Below, piece after piece: positions 45,250 to 58,017 of a stretch of DNA of 64,000 bases (position 1 is its first letter; each line of letters begins with the position of its first letter). Both the position numbers and the translations under genes were made by a program. The stretch lies in NCBI RefSeq assembly GCF_009914755.1, contig NC_060940.1. One strand, given 5' to 3'. The notes under the pieces are model-generated. The model searched no databases. It saw only the letters and a list, made by a program, of their open reading frames with translations, and was not told the DNA's origin. This DNA is from the human T2T-CHM13v2.0 reference genome, Homo sapiens.

Positions 45250-45748
45250 CAGTTAAGTTTTACTTTAGAGCAGATGCTAAAGCAAGAAACTGGGGGGACA
45301 TGGTTTAGTTGGGAGGTGATCACAGGAAGTGTGGTGAGGAAGTAGAAAAATAAGACAGGAAAGGAAAAGAAGCCAGCAGCAGGGAAATTCATGGGAAGGT
45401 TACTTCTGGGGATAACAGGGATTTAACCCCACAAGGGCCCTCCAATAACAGTGTAGGACACACCTCAGTACTGTCTCCCTGAGCAGCAAAGAAGCCAGGG
45501 TATGCCAACTTCTATCCCTCATCATTAAAGACAGTTCTGGGGGGCATTTATTTATCCCCTGCCACTTCAGGTCTGCCATACGCAGGAGCCAAACACAATC
45601 GTATGGCCAGAGAACATTCTTAGGCAGAGAGATGCCTGTGCTTGAGGTGAGAAGCCATCACTGTGTTGGGAACTGTCCATCTAAGCTTCAGGTGACCCTC
45701 AGGGTGGGCCAAGAGGATATGAGTGGGGCATCAACAACATAGCTACAG
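45250..45748 (-). mobile_element. LTR33-like ERVL LTR
   Basis: gtttagttgggaggtgatcacaggaa...agacaggaaaggaaaagaagccagc...gatatgagtggggcatcaaca. Confidence 0.65.
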
Positions 45749-45881
45749 GGAATATTCTAGCTCAAGTGACTGAAAAAAAAAAAAAAGTAGCTAAGCTTAC
45801 TCCATGCACAGGTGAATTCAGGACCCAAAATCTGTCATCTGGATTTCGTGTTCCTCCTTCTTGCTGTTCTGCTGCCACACA

Positions 45882-45920
45882 GTTGGCTCTAGTTGTTGGC
45901 TCCAATTGTTGGCTCCAAGT
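45882..45920 (+). repeat. 3 x 13-bp tandem repeat
   Basis: gttggctctagtt / gttggctccaatt / gttggctccaagt. Confidence 0.85.
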
Positions 45921-48268
45921 GGAAGCAAGATGGTAGCAGTGATTTTATTCCCTACATCTTTTCAGGTTCACTTTTAATAGAAAATACCAAGTCTTTTCCC
46001 CCAGGAGCTCTTATCTTTAGAGACGCATATTGAAAAGTATAGAGATGAAATGATAGGATGTTGGGAATTTGCTCCAAAATAATCTACTGTGGGTGGCGAT
46101 AAAATGAATTAAGATTGTCCATGAGTTGATAAATGCTGAAGCTGGACGGTGAGTATAGGAGAGTTATCTCTGCTTATGATTAGAGTTACCTCTATTTTCA
46201 TGCATTTTGGAAAATCATCATAATAAAAAGTTAATTTTGAAAAAAGAATCTCTTTTACTCAAGTTTGAGGTAAAGTCTCATTTCACCTCACTGGGTCTTC
46301 CTGGACCAGATAACCATCCCCGAACTGTTCACAGGGACCAGGAGCATATAATGACCGCATTGTTCCAGCACTGAACCATATGCTCCATCTCTGCACCAGG
46401 AGGAATCTCTACAAAAAGCTCAGGGGCTACAGCTGGGGAGAGGGCTTAACAGAGATTGATTACATACAATTACCAGAAGAATGGAAATGAGTGTTAAGAT
46501 AAAAAATACACAGGTTCATTCCATAATGAGAATAGAAATATAGTGGACATAGAATATCTTTCCTCATCAAGCATCCATTCTAGTTTTTTACTGAAGAATT
46601 GTCCCTGCTTGCCCCTTTATCCCTGTGGACTGGGCACCCCTTGTGCTAATGGTGCACAAGTGACTTGGTCTGAACAATGAGAGGGAGACCCTGGTGATGG
46701 GTGCAGAGATGAGCACATGGCACTGGACCAGCCAATGATAATCTTGGGGCATTCTCTGGAGCCCCTCTTCCTTCTGAGGTGGCCAAGTTGAAGGATGAAC
46801 ATCTGTTGTGGCTGGTGTTATCTTTGCCATCACTTAAGGAGAATCTGCCAAAGACTGAGTCTGACAGAGGAAAGCGGAGCCCAGGTACAGGAAGACGTTC
46901 TCGAAGACATTGTTATATATCTGTATTCAGCCGTGCTGGAAGCCAGATACCCTGAACTTTTTAGTTACCTGATCAAATAAATGTTCCTGTTTGGCTTCAG
47001 GTTCTCATTTAGACTCCTGTCACTTATATCTCTGGCTAATAAAGGGAACTATGGTCACCCCCACCCCACCCCACGCAGCAATTGTAGTTTTTCCCGCCCC
47101 GATACTTGCGACATCAATGTACTGCTGTGGGTACAGCTCTACAAGCACCTGTTTTGCAATTTTCAGGTTAACAAGTAAAATCTTCCTTGAGTGTATACTT
47201 CTAAGCCTGTGAACAATATTTCTCATCCATTCATCCGCTCTGAAAATATTTTACATGCCCAATCCTCTGGTAGGTAATTAGGATATAGAAATTGGGCACA
47301 ATCTATGTCTTCCAGTCCTGGTATGGCGGAGAAGAAAAGATTCAAGTAGCAGATAGACTGCTGTATCTAAAAACTTGGGTTCTTTTCCCAGCTCCATCTT
47401 AAACTGTGCAGAAAGAGAATTCTGCTAAACTCTCCCCACTGCTGAATAAAGTGTCCTATGTGAACAGGATCCTGATGGTAAATTTTCATAACCAGAGACT
47501 GTCACAGAATTTTAGCCAAGATGAGCCATTCAATATTGATTTATTCTACTTGATCGGAAATCATCAGTAGTCCAATTGTCCTTTCTAATGGAAGATCAGC
47601 ATAAACAAAGTCACATTCAGGCCAGGACTCTTGAGAAAGGGGCGTGTTTTCTCCTCACTTATTTTTCTGCTGATTGGAAAGAAAAGACAGTGAGATTTAG
47701 GGGACTGGAAGAGCCACAATATGGCAGAAATCTAGGTCCCTGAATCACTGCATGGCCATAGGAAAGCTGTTCACCAACCAGGAACACCATTACATCAGCA
47801 GGAAGCAAACTTCTACTATGTTATACCACTGATATTTGAGGGCTTATTTGTTATAGCATCTACCATTATCCTTTGAATTACGAAGCTAAGAAAAAAAAAG
47901 CCCATTGGCTTTAAAACCCAGCAGAGTTCAGTAGGAGGAGGAAGATGGAGAAAGTTATAAAGTAATCAAGTTGGGTGGGAACCTCAGGTTAGATCCTCAT
48001 TACACTTAGCATGAGCGTTACCCATTTGACACAGGTGGATATCTTTGCTGTTACTCAAAGCCAAGAGGAAGGTATTTTCCAGCTTTATTTGATGAATAAA
48101 TTGATAAATAAATATCAGCTTAATATTTTCCAGAAATCTGTTAATTCATACAGGTAAGAGACTGTGCCTTAGTCATCTCTGTAGCCTCCACAGCCCTTCA
48201 TAAACAGCAGATTCAAACAAACAAAAGCTTCATTCAAGAAAGGAAGGAAGGCGGCTTTTTGTCTAGCC

Positions 48269-49105
48269 CCATGGTTCTCAACAGGGAAAGATTATTTTTT
48301 AACTTTCATTTTAGGTTCAGGGGTACATGTGCAGGTTATATAGGTAAACTGTGTGTCACAGGGATTTGGTACCCACATTTGGTACAGATTATTTTGTCAC
48401 ACAGGTAATATGCACATAGTACCTGACAGGTAGTTTTTTATCCTCTCCCTCCTCCCACCCTCCGCCCTCGATTAGAACTATTTGTCTGTTGTTCCCCTCC
48501 CTATGTCTCTGTGTTCGCACTGTTTAGCTCCCACTTATAAGTAAGAACATGTAGTATTTGGTTTTCTGTTCCTGCGTTAGTTTGCTAAGGATACTGGCCT
48601 CTGGCTCCATCCATGTTGCTGTGAAGTACATGAGTTCATTCTTTTTATGGCTGTGTAGTACTCCATGCTGTATATGTACCAGATTTTCTTTATCCAGTCT
48701 ACCACTGATGGGCGTTTAGGTGGATTCCATGTATTTGCTATTGTGAATAGGGCTGCAGAATACATATGTATGCATATATCTTTATATAATTATTTATATT
48801 CCTTTGGGGATATACTCCATAATGAGATTGCTGGGTTGATTGGTAATTCTGTTTTAAGTTCTTTTAGGAATCATCACACTGCTTTCCACAATGGCTGAAC
48901 AAATTTACATTCAACTGGGGGAGATTTTTACCACCAGGAAATGTTTGTCTATGGCTGGAGACATTTGTTGTCACAACTATGGACTGCTACCTGCATTTAG
49001 TGGGTAGAGTCCAGGGATGTTGCTATATATCTTACAATGCACAGAACAGCCCCTCCCACAGCAAAGAATTCTCCTGCTCAAAATGTCCATAGTGCCAAGG
49101 TTAAA
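48269..49105. mobile_element. MER20 (hAT-Charlie) split by an L1
   Basis: ggttctcaac...ctggagacattt..ttgtcacaact...tagtgggtagag.ccagggatg.tgcta...aaaatgtc.atagtgcc.agg. Confidence 0.88.
48294..48910 (-). mobile_element. 5'-truncated older L1PA (L1PA13-16-like) inside MER20
   Basis: ttttaggttcaggggtacatgtgcagg...tttagctcccacttataagt; degenerate TSD tcaac.ggg..agatt at 48278-48293 and 48911-48926. Confidence 0.88.
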
Positions 49106-52100
49106 GCTTGATATTATAACCTAAGGTTCCCATCCCAACTTGACCAATTAATCATTTTATAACTTTCTCCGTTCTCCTATTTAACCTACTGGGCTTTAAA
49201 GCCAGTGGCCCTTTTTCTTAGCTTCCTCATTCATGAAACAGTTTTCTGGGGAGGCCCTAGAACTTTACCTCTGTATTAAAATGATCTCTATTTTCTTTTC
49301 ATTAAGGGAAAAATATACAAGGGGGGTGGATGCAGGGGGCAAGGAGTGGGTAAGCAGACCAGAAAGAGACTCCACATTAAAACACACAGGAAAACAGATC
49401 TTCTCTCTGGAAGACACCTGCAATCTCTTTGTTTCCTTTCTTATATTAGGTCTTCCGCATGGTCAAGGCAAGAGACCCACTCCAGTTAGTTCAAGAGAAA
49501 CTGTTTATTGTAAGGACACATGCAGATTGCTACCAGAAGCCTTCATATTCTCTCCCCACTCCCCTGCCCCATGGTCCCCTATTTCCACTCCCCTCCAGTC
49601 ATCCCCACACTGTCCTCCTCCCACAGCTGTCCCCTGTTCCTTCCTAACTTCAGCTCACTGTGGCATCTTTTCAGCCCCTGTATCCACGATGCTAACTGAA
49701 AAATCCTATTCTATTTCTAATTCAAAAGCCCACATTCAAGCTCATCCTTTCAAACCCAGCCACAGACGTCAAATTTCAGACTGAGGACTGGATATACTTT
49801 CATCGGTCCAACACTCTTGGTCAAAGCAGCAATCCACAGCAAGAAGGGCGGGGCAACCACAAAGATTGGCATCTCTGCTACACTGTATCACACACACTCC
49901 TACCCCTGACTCCGAGTGACATCAACCACAGACAGTTACATTGAGCTACAGGAAGGATTAAACCACTTCCAAGACCCAGGAGGTCCCCTAATCATTTTGC
50001 CCCATGTCTTGGCTCACACCCCTGGAAATACTGGGGGAAAGTCACCTACCTTGTTTGGGGACACCTTTTTAGAGGATAACTCTTGGTCCTCAAGCTTAGA
50101 AGCTGTTATGAGGAAGATGTTGGGGCTTTTCAGAATAACATCCAAAGATTACCCCACAGATACCTTCTCCTCTGGAATCGCTCTCAACAGTGTCAGGCAG
50201 AGCCCCCGGGAGCCCACACATCTTTCTCTGTGTTCTTGTGACCATGGAAATCAGGCAGGTCTCAAGAAACAAAGTCACAGAGGCACGAGCTCATCATCTA
50301 TTTTCACAACACTAATGCAAGAGACCTCCAACACAAGCAAAGCAAAGGCACCGACTGGGTGCAGCCACATATCGTGACTTTCCAGGCCATTCTGCCTGAG
50401 TTGAGATCATTATGCTGCTTCTTTCATTGCACAGGAACGTGGGGGTTTTCTCTAAACTATGACTCATAGCAAAGCATACAGGCAATCGTGTAGAGAAACC
50501 TGTTCTCCCCAGGAAAGGAGGGTGAGCAAATGCTAAAAGTTTTGATACTTTAATAGAGCACTGGCCGTGGCTAATTTTACTTAATATGAAAGATTTCAAA
50601 TAATGGAAACACTGACAGGCAAAAACATTAAAAGTTTGCATAAAATCTCAAAAAACCCTGCAAACAAGAGAGAAGCATTGTCTAATTAAAATAAAGGAAA
50701 AGATTGCTACTGGGTTCCTGAATACTCTTTTCACAAAGGCTTCACGTCAGATGAACTTCAAGCACCAAGCAGCAGGGATCCCACTGAAGTTTATTCAGCA
50801 CACTTCTGGGCACTACCAGCTGTGCAACTGGTAACCTATTGACAAATAGGTTATTTTTCCAGCTGCACCCATATTCAAGAGCTTGACCAGCAAAGTCCCC
50901 TGATAATATTTGGCCATGAGTCAGAATGTATTAGGCACCTTCTGTAGCCAGAGCCAAAAAAACTCTGGCTACAGGAGAAACCTGGCACTGTGCACAAGAT
51001 CCCCTTCTTTAGCATCAGCTGTCCCCTTTGCAGTTTGTTAAAGCTGGAGGAGTTTTAATCCAAGTGAACTCTCTTTCAGGAGGCTTCGGGGTAAGGAAGC
51101 TACAAAAGGGGGGAGGTAGGGGCACGGCTGCAAAGTGATGAACATTGCAGCAGGTTCGGCTATTCAGAATGAGCTATTTTCTCCCAAATCCTGTAATTGC
51201 CTGGAGCATGTGATCTTTTTGAAGGTCATTAGAGGCATGCGGCTGTCAGATCTCTCCCAGAAAGTTTCGCTTTGATTAGTTAGTTCCTGATGCTTATTTC
51301 CTAAAAGGCTCTTTTTGTCCCCAACCCCCCCAAAAAATGGGGAGCATTAAAATTTTAAAAAAGGAATTAGATGAATATCCTGCTAAATGTAACTTGGCAA
51401 GATGAAAGGAAGTAGCAAAGAAACATGAAAAGGGTGCAGACCTTCTTGGGCCCCCTGCTGGAGAGCCAACCTGAGGGAAATTGACGCACGATCAGCATAT
51501 TCCTTCCCCAAAATGAGGCGACTCGGAAATACACAATATCAATCATCATCTATGCAACCACTCATTATTTTGACTCAAACAGAACGACATACATCATTGG
51601 TAAAGCCCACGTGGACATTTCCAGGTCCCTGGGGCATTTATAAGCTGGGAAAGGTTAAAAAATAAAATAAAATTCTCTTTTTTAAGGATTCCGATGTCTA
51701 AGAAAGCAGCCATGAGGACCTAATAAAGAACTAGAGCTGAATAAGTTGTCCAGTGACTATGATCAAATATACAGCTAGCAATGGCAATGTTTCACATCAA
51801 AGAAGAAAATCAAAGTTTTTTCCCAGCACAGGGAGATGGGGCCGATCTCTCTTGGATCAAAAGTCCTTTTTGTCCTCTCACATTTGCAGATGTGTAAATT
51901 CCAGGCAGATCTAATGAAGGAGTTACCTTTTCAATCCCTAGATTGTGTTTGCCAAAACTTCCCTTGCAATAGGGACACTCCAGCAACCCTGGCTCGGGGC
52001 TCCCTGCGTACTTAGATGTAATACTATGTCAACAACATCCTGCAGGCTGAAGCAGCCTCTTTTTTTTAAAGCCTTGGATCAACTATGCAAGCTCAACTTG

Positions 52101-52295
52101 CTTTTATTTTTGTTGAAAATACTAAATTCATTTGTCATCACTAATTCCCTCAAGCAAAGGAACAGCTCCTCGTTGATGCCATAGTTTGCAAGATACTGAA
52201 GTCGCACGTTGTTTCTAAGAACACTGATGCTCTAAATCTCCAGCTTTTGACTTCAGGAAAATGGCACTTACTTTATATTCATAGAATTTCTGGGG

Positions 52296-52450
52296 CAGTT
52301 CTTCTCAAACTTTAACATGCACGTGAATCGCCGAGGGATCTTGTTAAGAGGCAGATTCTAGCTCGGTCAGTCTGGATGGGACCTGAGATTCTGCATTCAG
52401 GTTCCCAGAGGATGTCAAAGCTGCTGGTGCATGGACCACACTTTGAATGA
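52296..52450. mobile_element. MER5-family element
   Basis: cagttcttctcaaactttaacatgcacgtgaatc...ctgctggtgcatggaccacactttgaat. Confidence 0.78.
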
Positions 52451-53389
52451 TGAGATCTGTTTAGCTGGTTGGTAGGTACCTGGTGGCTGAGCTTTCAAAC
52501 TCTGTAATCAGACCACCTGGGTTTGCATCCAGCCTCCACTGTTTACCCTTTCTTACTGTGTGCCTCAGCTTCCACATTTGCAGAATAGTGCTCAAAATAA
52601 CAGTACAAATAGAGCTGCTCCGTGGGTTACAGAAAGCTATATGTATAAATCACTCGGCACAGTGTATGGCACATGAGCACTCAAGAGGTGAGCTGTTTCT
52701 GCCCTGGTGTAATCATCCCTCACAGAGCCCTTGTTCCCACCTTCTTTCCAGGCAGTAGAAAGCCAGAATAGTCTCCAGAGACAGATGAAGTGAAATTGCA
52801 AGCTTCTGACTCTCACAACTCAACCCATCAGCTTAGGTTGTTAAAAAAGCGAGGTATTGCAGTGCACTATATTGTCATAGTCTGAGAAGGGCCGTGTGCG
52901 TGCCCTTGTGTGTTCCAAAACCTAGGCCACGATGTATAGGGAAAAAAGAGCACAGGTCAGGTGGCCCAGGGAGCAAACTGACCTGTGAGATCCTTCGTTT
53001 GCTTACTTACAACATTGGGATAATAAAACCTACCATGTAGGGATACTATGAAGATCAGGGATCATGTATGCAAAGTGCCTGCCCTGTATGCAGTAGATGC
53101 TCAATAACTGGAGGCTGTTATGCTTGTAATCAAAATCCTATCCTCCCAAGAGCAAACAGGAGAAGAAGCCAACATAACTGGCAACTTAGCCTTGATAACT
53201 CTTTGTTTATCCGGGCAAGCGGAAAAGGGCAGGATTCCTTGGTGCTTGGGTAGAGAGCTTTTCCATAGCCTCAGATACAGACAGGGGCACTGAAATTATG
53301 GGGTACAAGAGGTTTTTCCAGGTGGTCCAGGTGAGACGGAGCTGGGAGATGGCAGGGAAAGGTACAGTCACAATTGATAACTAGAGAGC

Positions 53390-53860
53390 TATCCATTCAT
53401 TCATTCATTCATGATATTTATAAGTTGGCCCGTGTGTCAGGTGTTGTACAAGACAGAGCAGAGGCCCCACTCTCAAGGAGCAACCATTTCACAGAAGAGA
53501 CAGAAACATGTAAATGAACACATACAAGTTAAAGTTGTGGTACAGCTAATGACATGAGGGCTCCTATGGAAAAGGTTAGCAGGACTGTCACGAAGCCCTC
53601 TCAAAGGAAATGCCCCAAAAGCCAAGTTGTGAAGAAGTCATCGTCAACCAGTGCAGAATAGTGGGAAGAGCATTCCAGGCATAGGGAACCATGAGGACAA
53701 AGCCCCTAGGGTTGGAAAGAACAAGGAGGAAAATGACAGCAAACAAAGCCCCAAAAAAGCACGTAGTGCCCAAATCATGCAGGGTCTCTTCATAGGCCAT
53801 GGTGAGGATGTTGGATTTTATTCCAAAGGCTACAAGATGCCATGAAAGGGTTTTAAATCT
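53390..53860 (-). mobile_element. L2 fragment
   Basis: (ATTC)n terminus; gggaagagcattccaggcatagggaac...ggattttattc. Confidence 0.75.
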
Positions 53861-54879
53861 GTCTTACAAAACCATAAATTTCACACTGCAGCAATCAAGT
53901 CCCACAATGTCCTGAAACTATGGAGTCAGAACTTGACCTCTTGACGCCTTCTACTTCTTACTAGAGATTCAAGGTCTTTGACCCTGGTGACACAACACCA
54001 GTACGGGATTTTTTCAAACTTTTTGCATTTATTGTCGAAGAAGCAGGGGCAGCAAAGAATATTTGGCTTTCCCTGGAAGTCCCAAGGGATGCTGGACAGA
54101 ACAACCCCAAGTGGAAAGACCCTTGTTAGGAGAAGTCGAGTAAATACACTAGTGAGTAGACCATTCCTCCACTACAAGCTCAGCACTCCCAAGGAATAAG
54201 TAAATCCCTACTTAAATTGCCTGGGAGGCCTCCCTCAATTACACAAATCTAAGACATGACAGGGTACAGCAGAGATTCTCCTACAGCAAGTCTGAAGGCT
54301 GAGAGCAAAGCAATGGAGCTAAGGCATCATCCTCATACTGCTCATGGTGGGAGGAAAAAAAAAAAAAAAAAGACTGTTCCGAGTCTCCCCCTCCCTGGCT
54401 GTTTTGCTAAGCCCCAGGCCTACAGGAGGCTGGATGGCCCAGGGGAAGAGGCTGCCTTGCCTACCCTGGGAAAGTGGATGGAGGGTAGCTTCTTCCTCTG
54501 CCAAGAAAATCAGGCGTCCTACAGGGAGAGAGAGCTGGGGGTAAAGGCTGGGTGGGAGGATGCTTAAGGGCCAGTCTTTCCCCAAACTCAGCTCCCTAGA
54601 GTACAGCGAGTTCTCTCCCACTCAGAGCAGAAGGAGGTCTGACACACTCACACCTGCAGGAAAACTGGGGGCCAGGAGGTGGGAGACAAAATGAGGACAC
54701 AGACAGGAGGAGCCCCAGACTCCTTCCTGACTCCCTGCCTTCACCAGAATGAAGTAGGGAGGCTTAGAGCTCCTTCCAACTGCACTGTTTTGCTTACTGA
54801 ATTTTCATTTTGCTTTTCTTAATTATAAGAATAATGCAAAGTCCCATCAACAACATTTTTGTGTGAGTTGATGGATTTC

Positions 54880-55189
54880 TTTATATATATATATATTTTT
54901 TTTTGAGATAGGATCTCGCTCTGTCGCCCAGGCTGGAATGCAGTGGCACAATCAGAGCTCACTGCAGCCTCAAATTCCTAGGCTCAAGTGATCCTCCTGC
55001 CTCAGGCTTCCAAGAAACAGACTACAGGCGTGCACCACCACACCTGGCTCATTTAAAAAAATTATTTTTTGTAGAGAGGGGGGTCTCGCTATGTTACCCA
55101 GACTGGTCTCAAACTCCTGGCCTCAAGCAACACTCCTGCCACTGCCTCCCAAAGCACTAGAAATAGAGGCAAGAGCCAGTGCCCAGCCA
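54880..55189 (-). mobile_element. AluJ with a (TA)n/T tail
   Basis: Reverse-strand J-type dimer. Confidence 0.9.
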
Positions 55190-55846
55190 GTTTCATTACC
55201 GTATTTCAAATATTTTGCAGTATTGGCAGGGTTTACTATTTTCTTGGGCATCTATTAGCCATTGAGTTTTTATTCTCTAATCACATGTTACTCATTTCTC
55301 TTCCATTTTTCTTTTAGGGTGTTTTGTCTTTTTCTTAATTTGTAAGTCATCTTTGTGCGTTAAAGATAGTAACCCTTTGGCACGTATCACCAACGTTTTT
55401 CCCTACCATTTGTTGGTTTCTGTTAATTTTCTTTATGTTATTGCTGGAACTCCCTGAAACGACCACAAAGCAACCATTTGATTCTGCCAAAAATATTGTC
55501 TTTGAAATATGGTTTCTAGAACGTCTGTGAGTCACCTGCTCACATGTCCAAGATGTCTCAGAAATCCTTCTGCTTTTATAAACCTTGTCTTTTGGCCTAC
55601 AGCACCAGTCTACACTTTTTACCAGCTCTGAGGACCTTCTGAGTCACACTCTGAAGTCCTGACCTCACCATAAACAAAGAGCCTTTTCTGGGGGAGTTGG
55701 AGCTGCCCTAAGCCAGTGAAAGCCAATGCTCACACGCTTGCCCTATCCAACTGCTTTCATTAGCTCCATTCTTTTTAGTCTAAAAGCCTTCCTGACAGCA
55801 ACAGGGGCCAAGAATTTCTCTCATGAACCCCATTTTCTTGATTTCA

Positions 55847-55960
<114 letters not shown>

Positions 55961-56527
55961 AAAATCCACCTGCCTTGGTACAAGATGGGAAAGTCTTTGG
56001 GTGTTTATTGGCTGTATGTTCAAGATGAATCACCTGTGAGCTGTGGCATCCATGAAAATGTGGAGCTCCTTACCATCCTCAAGAACTTTCTCACCACTCA
56101 ACCTCTGCATGTGATATTCCTCCACCTAAACACTACCTCCCTACCCCCATACTCCACCCTGGTTGGCCAACTTCTAATCATTTTTCCAATCTTAGCCTAA
56201 CTACCACCGCCCTGGGAAGTCTTCACCAGCAACTGTGCCAGGCACCCTTGTGCACCAAGAGCCTTTAGTATCATTTCTAGCATCACGGTATATTTATATA
56301 TAAGAATAATTGCCTGTTTACCTGTCTCCCCAGCCTTTTTATAGCATGATCTATGTCCTTCACCACTGTATCCCTAGCAACTAGCACAGAGCCTGGCACC
56401 TAGCTCACAATCAATAAATATTTGTGGAATTGATGGATGAATTCAGGCACTGGAAGCAAGAAAAGGGCCAGCACCACCGCTATCTACGTAAGTCATCCAT
56501 ACCAAGAGTATCAAGTTGAGCTCTTCC

Positions 56528-57115
56528 ATAGTAAAGAATTAAACCTTGCCCAAAAAGAAGTCTGGTCTTTACCCTTGGTGTCTTACTAAGCCCTGGGAAT
56601 GTCATGCCTGGATAGGAGTGTTTTTTTGCTTGTGGGGGCCTTGGGTCACACCAGAGAGTCTAACAGTGTGATTTAGAGTGGGGGCTTAGAATCACATAGC
56701 ATGAGCTCAACCTCCAGAGGACCTGGAAGCCAAGGTCACCCATATAAGAACTCAACAGCAGACCCCAAAAAAGACTCTGCACGCCAAGGCTCAGTGAGCT
56801 TCCCTTGTTGGCAACGTCCCATGCTTATTTTCATCCATTGTTGCTGAGAAGGTGGCACTGTCCATGATTCCGTAGGAAGATCACCACTGGCAGCTCACGG
56901 TTGGACCTTTCATGATTCTGCCTATGTGTCCCTCTTTTGGCTGATTTTAGTCTGTATCCTTCAGCTATAACAAGCCATAGCCGTGGGTGCAACAGCTTGC
57001 AGCGAGTTTTGTGAGTTTCCAGTGAATTATCAAAGATAAGGGTGGTCTTGGCAGCCCTCAATCTTCCAAGTGATGTCAGAAATGATCGTTTTATGAACTG
57101 TACCCCTCAACTTTG
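56528..57115 (+). mobile_element. MER21C-like LTR
   Basis: tagtaaagaattaaaccttgcccaaaaagaagtctggtcttt...ccaaggctcagtgagcttccct...tgaattatcaaa. Confidence 0.75.
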
Positions 57116-57806
57116 CAGCTACACACTTAAGGACATTCTGATGGAAGGAGCTGTAATATTAACCTATCTGGGAAGTGTGAACTGTAAAGAAGAGGCCATT
57201 ACAGAATGTTGAGATTGGCCAAACCACCACTGTAGATGCTCCATTCACTGGAACCAGCCTTGGAATGCAGAGGGCTCCTGCCACCCCACTCTTCTAGGCT
57301 AGAGGTGGGCAGCACCCTCCAGGCAAGAGCATGAATCATGTGTGCCTGCTTGCTGCTCCCCCTCTCTCCAACAGATGACTGGGCAAAAATAGAAGAGAAT
57401 CCCTCCTTTATAAATATCTTTACATGCTAAATGTCTCTATAAAGCACCATGCGCCAAGCTAGGCTGCTAAGAAACAGATGCAAAACAGATGCAAAGATCC
57501 ATGAGATAGCTGAGAAGTTAAAGAATTTTAATTCAACAAAAGGCAAGAAAAGTTTCTTAGGAGCATAATACAGTCAAGGGAGGCCTGATGCAACTGGAGA
57601 GTCATAGAAATTCTGGCTCCCAGCTATTAACAATAGTATTTCTTACCATGGCAGTTTCAATGCACATATGTGCACGAGTGTGTCTGTGCATACCTGAGCA
57701 CGCTCTTATTTCATCCCCGTAACCAATCTTTATTCATTTAACAGATATTTATTAAGCACCTACTATGTGCATCACTTTTTTTTTTAAGCACCTACTACGT
57801 GCGTGA

Positions 57807-58017
<211 letters not shown>

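Larger units (their letters stand above)
47874..49233. repeat. Inverted repeat of ~117-bp arms (47874-47991 and 49117-49233)
   Basis: Reverse complement of the right arm (gaagctaagaaaaagggccactggctttaaagcccag...ggagaaagttataaa...tcaagttgggatgggaaccttaggtta) aligns with the left arm. Confidence 0.85.

Noticed and set aside
45882-45920. Short direct repeats as a CRISPR-like array
   Set aside because: Contiguous 13-bp units with no spacers, in primate DNA; an ordinary tandem repeat.
49233-50377. 183-aa and 153-aa plus-strand ORFs
   Set aside because: No recognisable homology or domain; consistent with chance ORFs.
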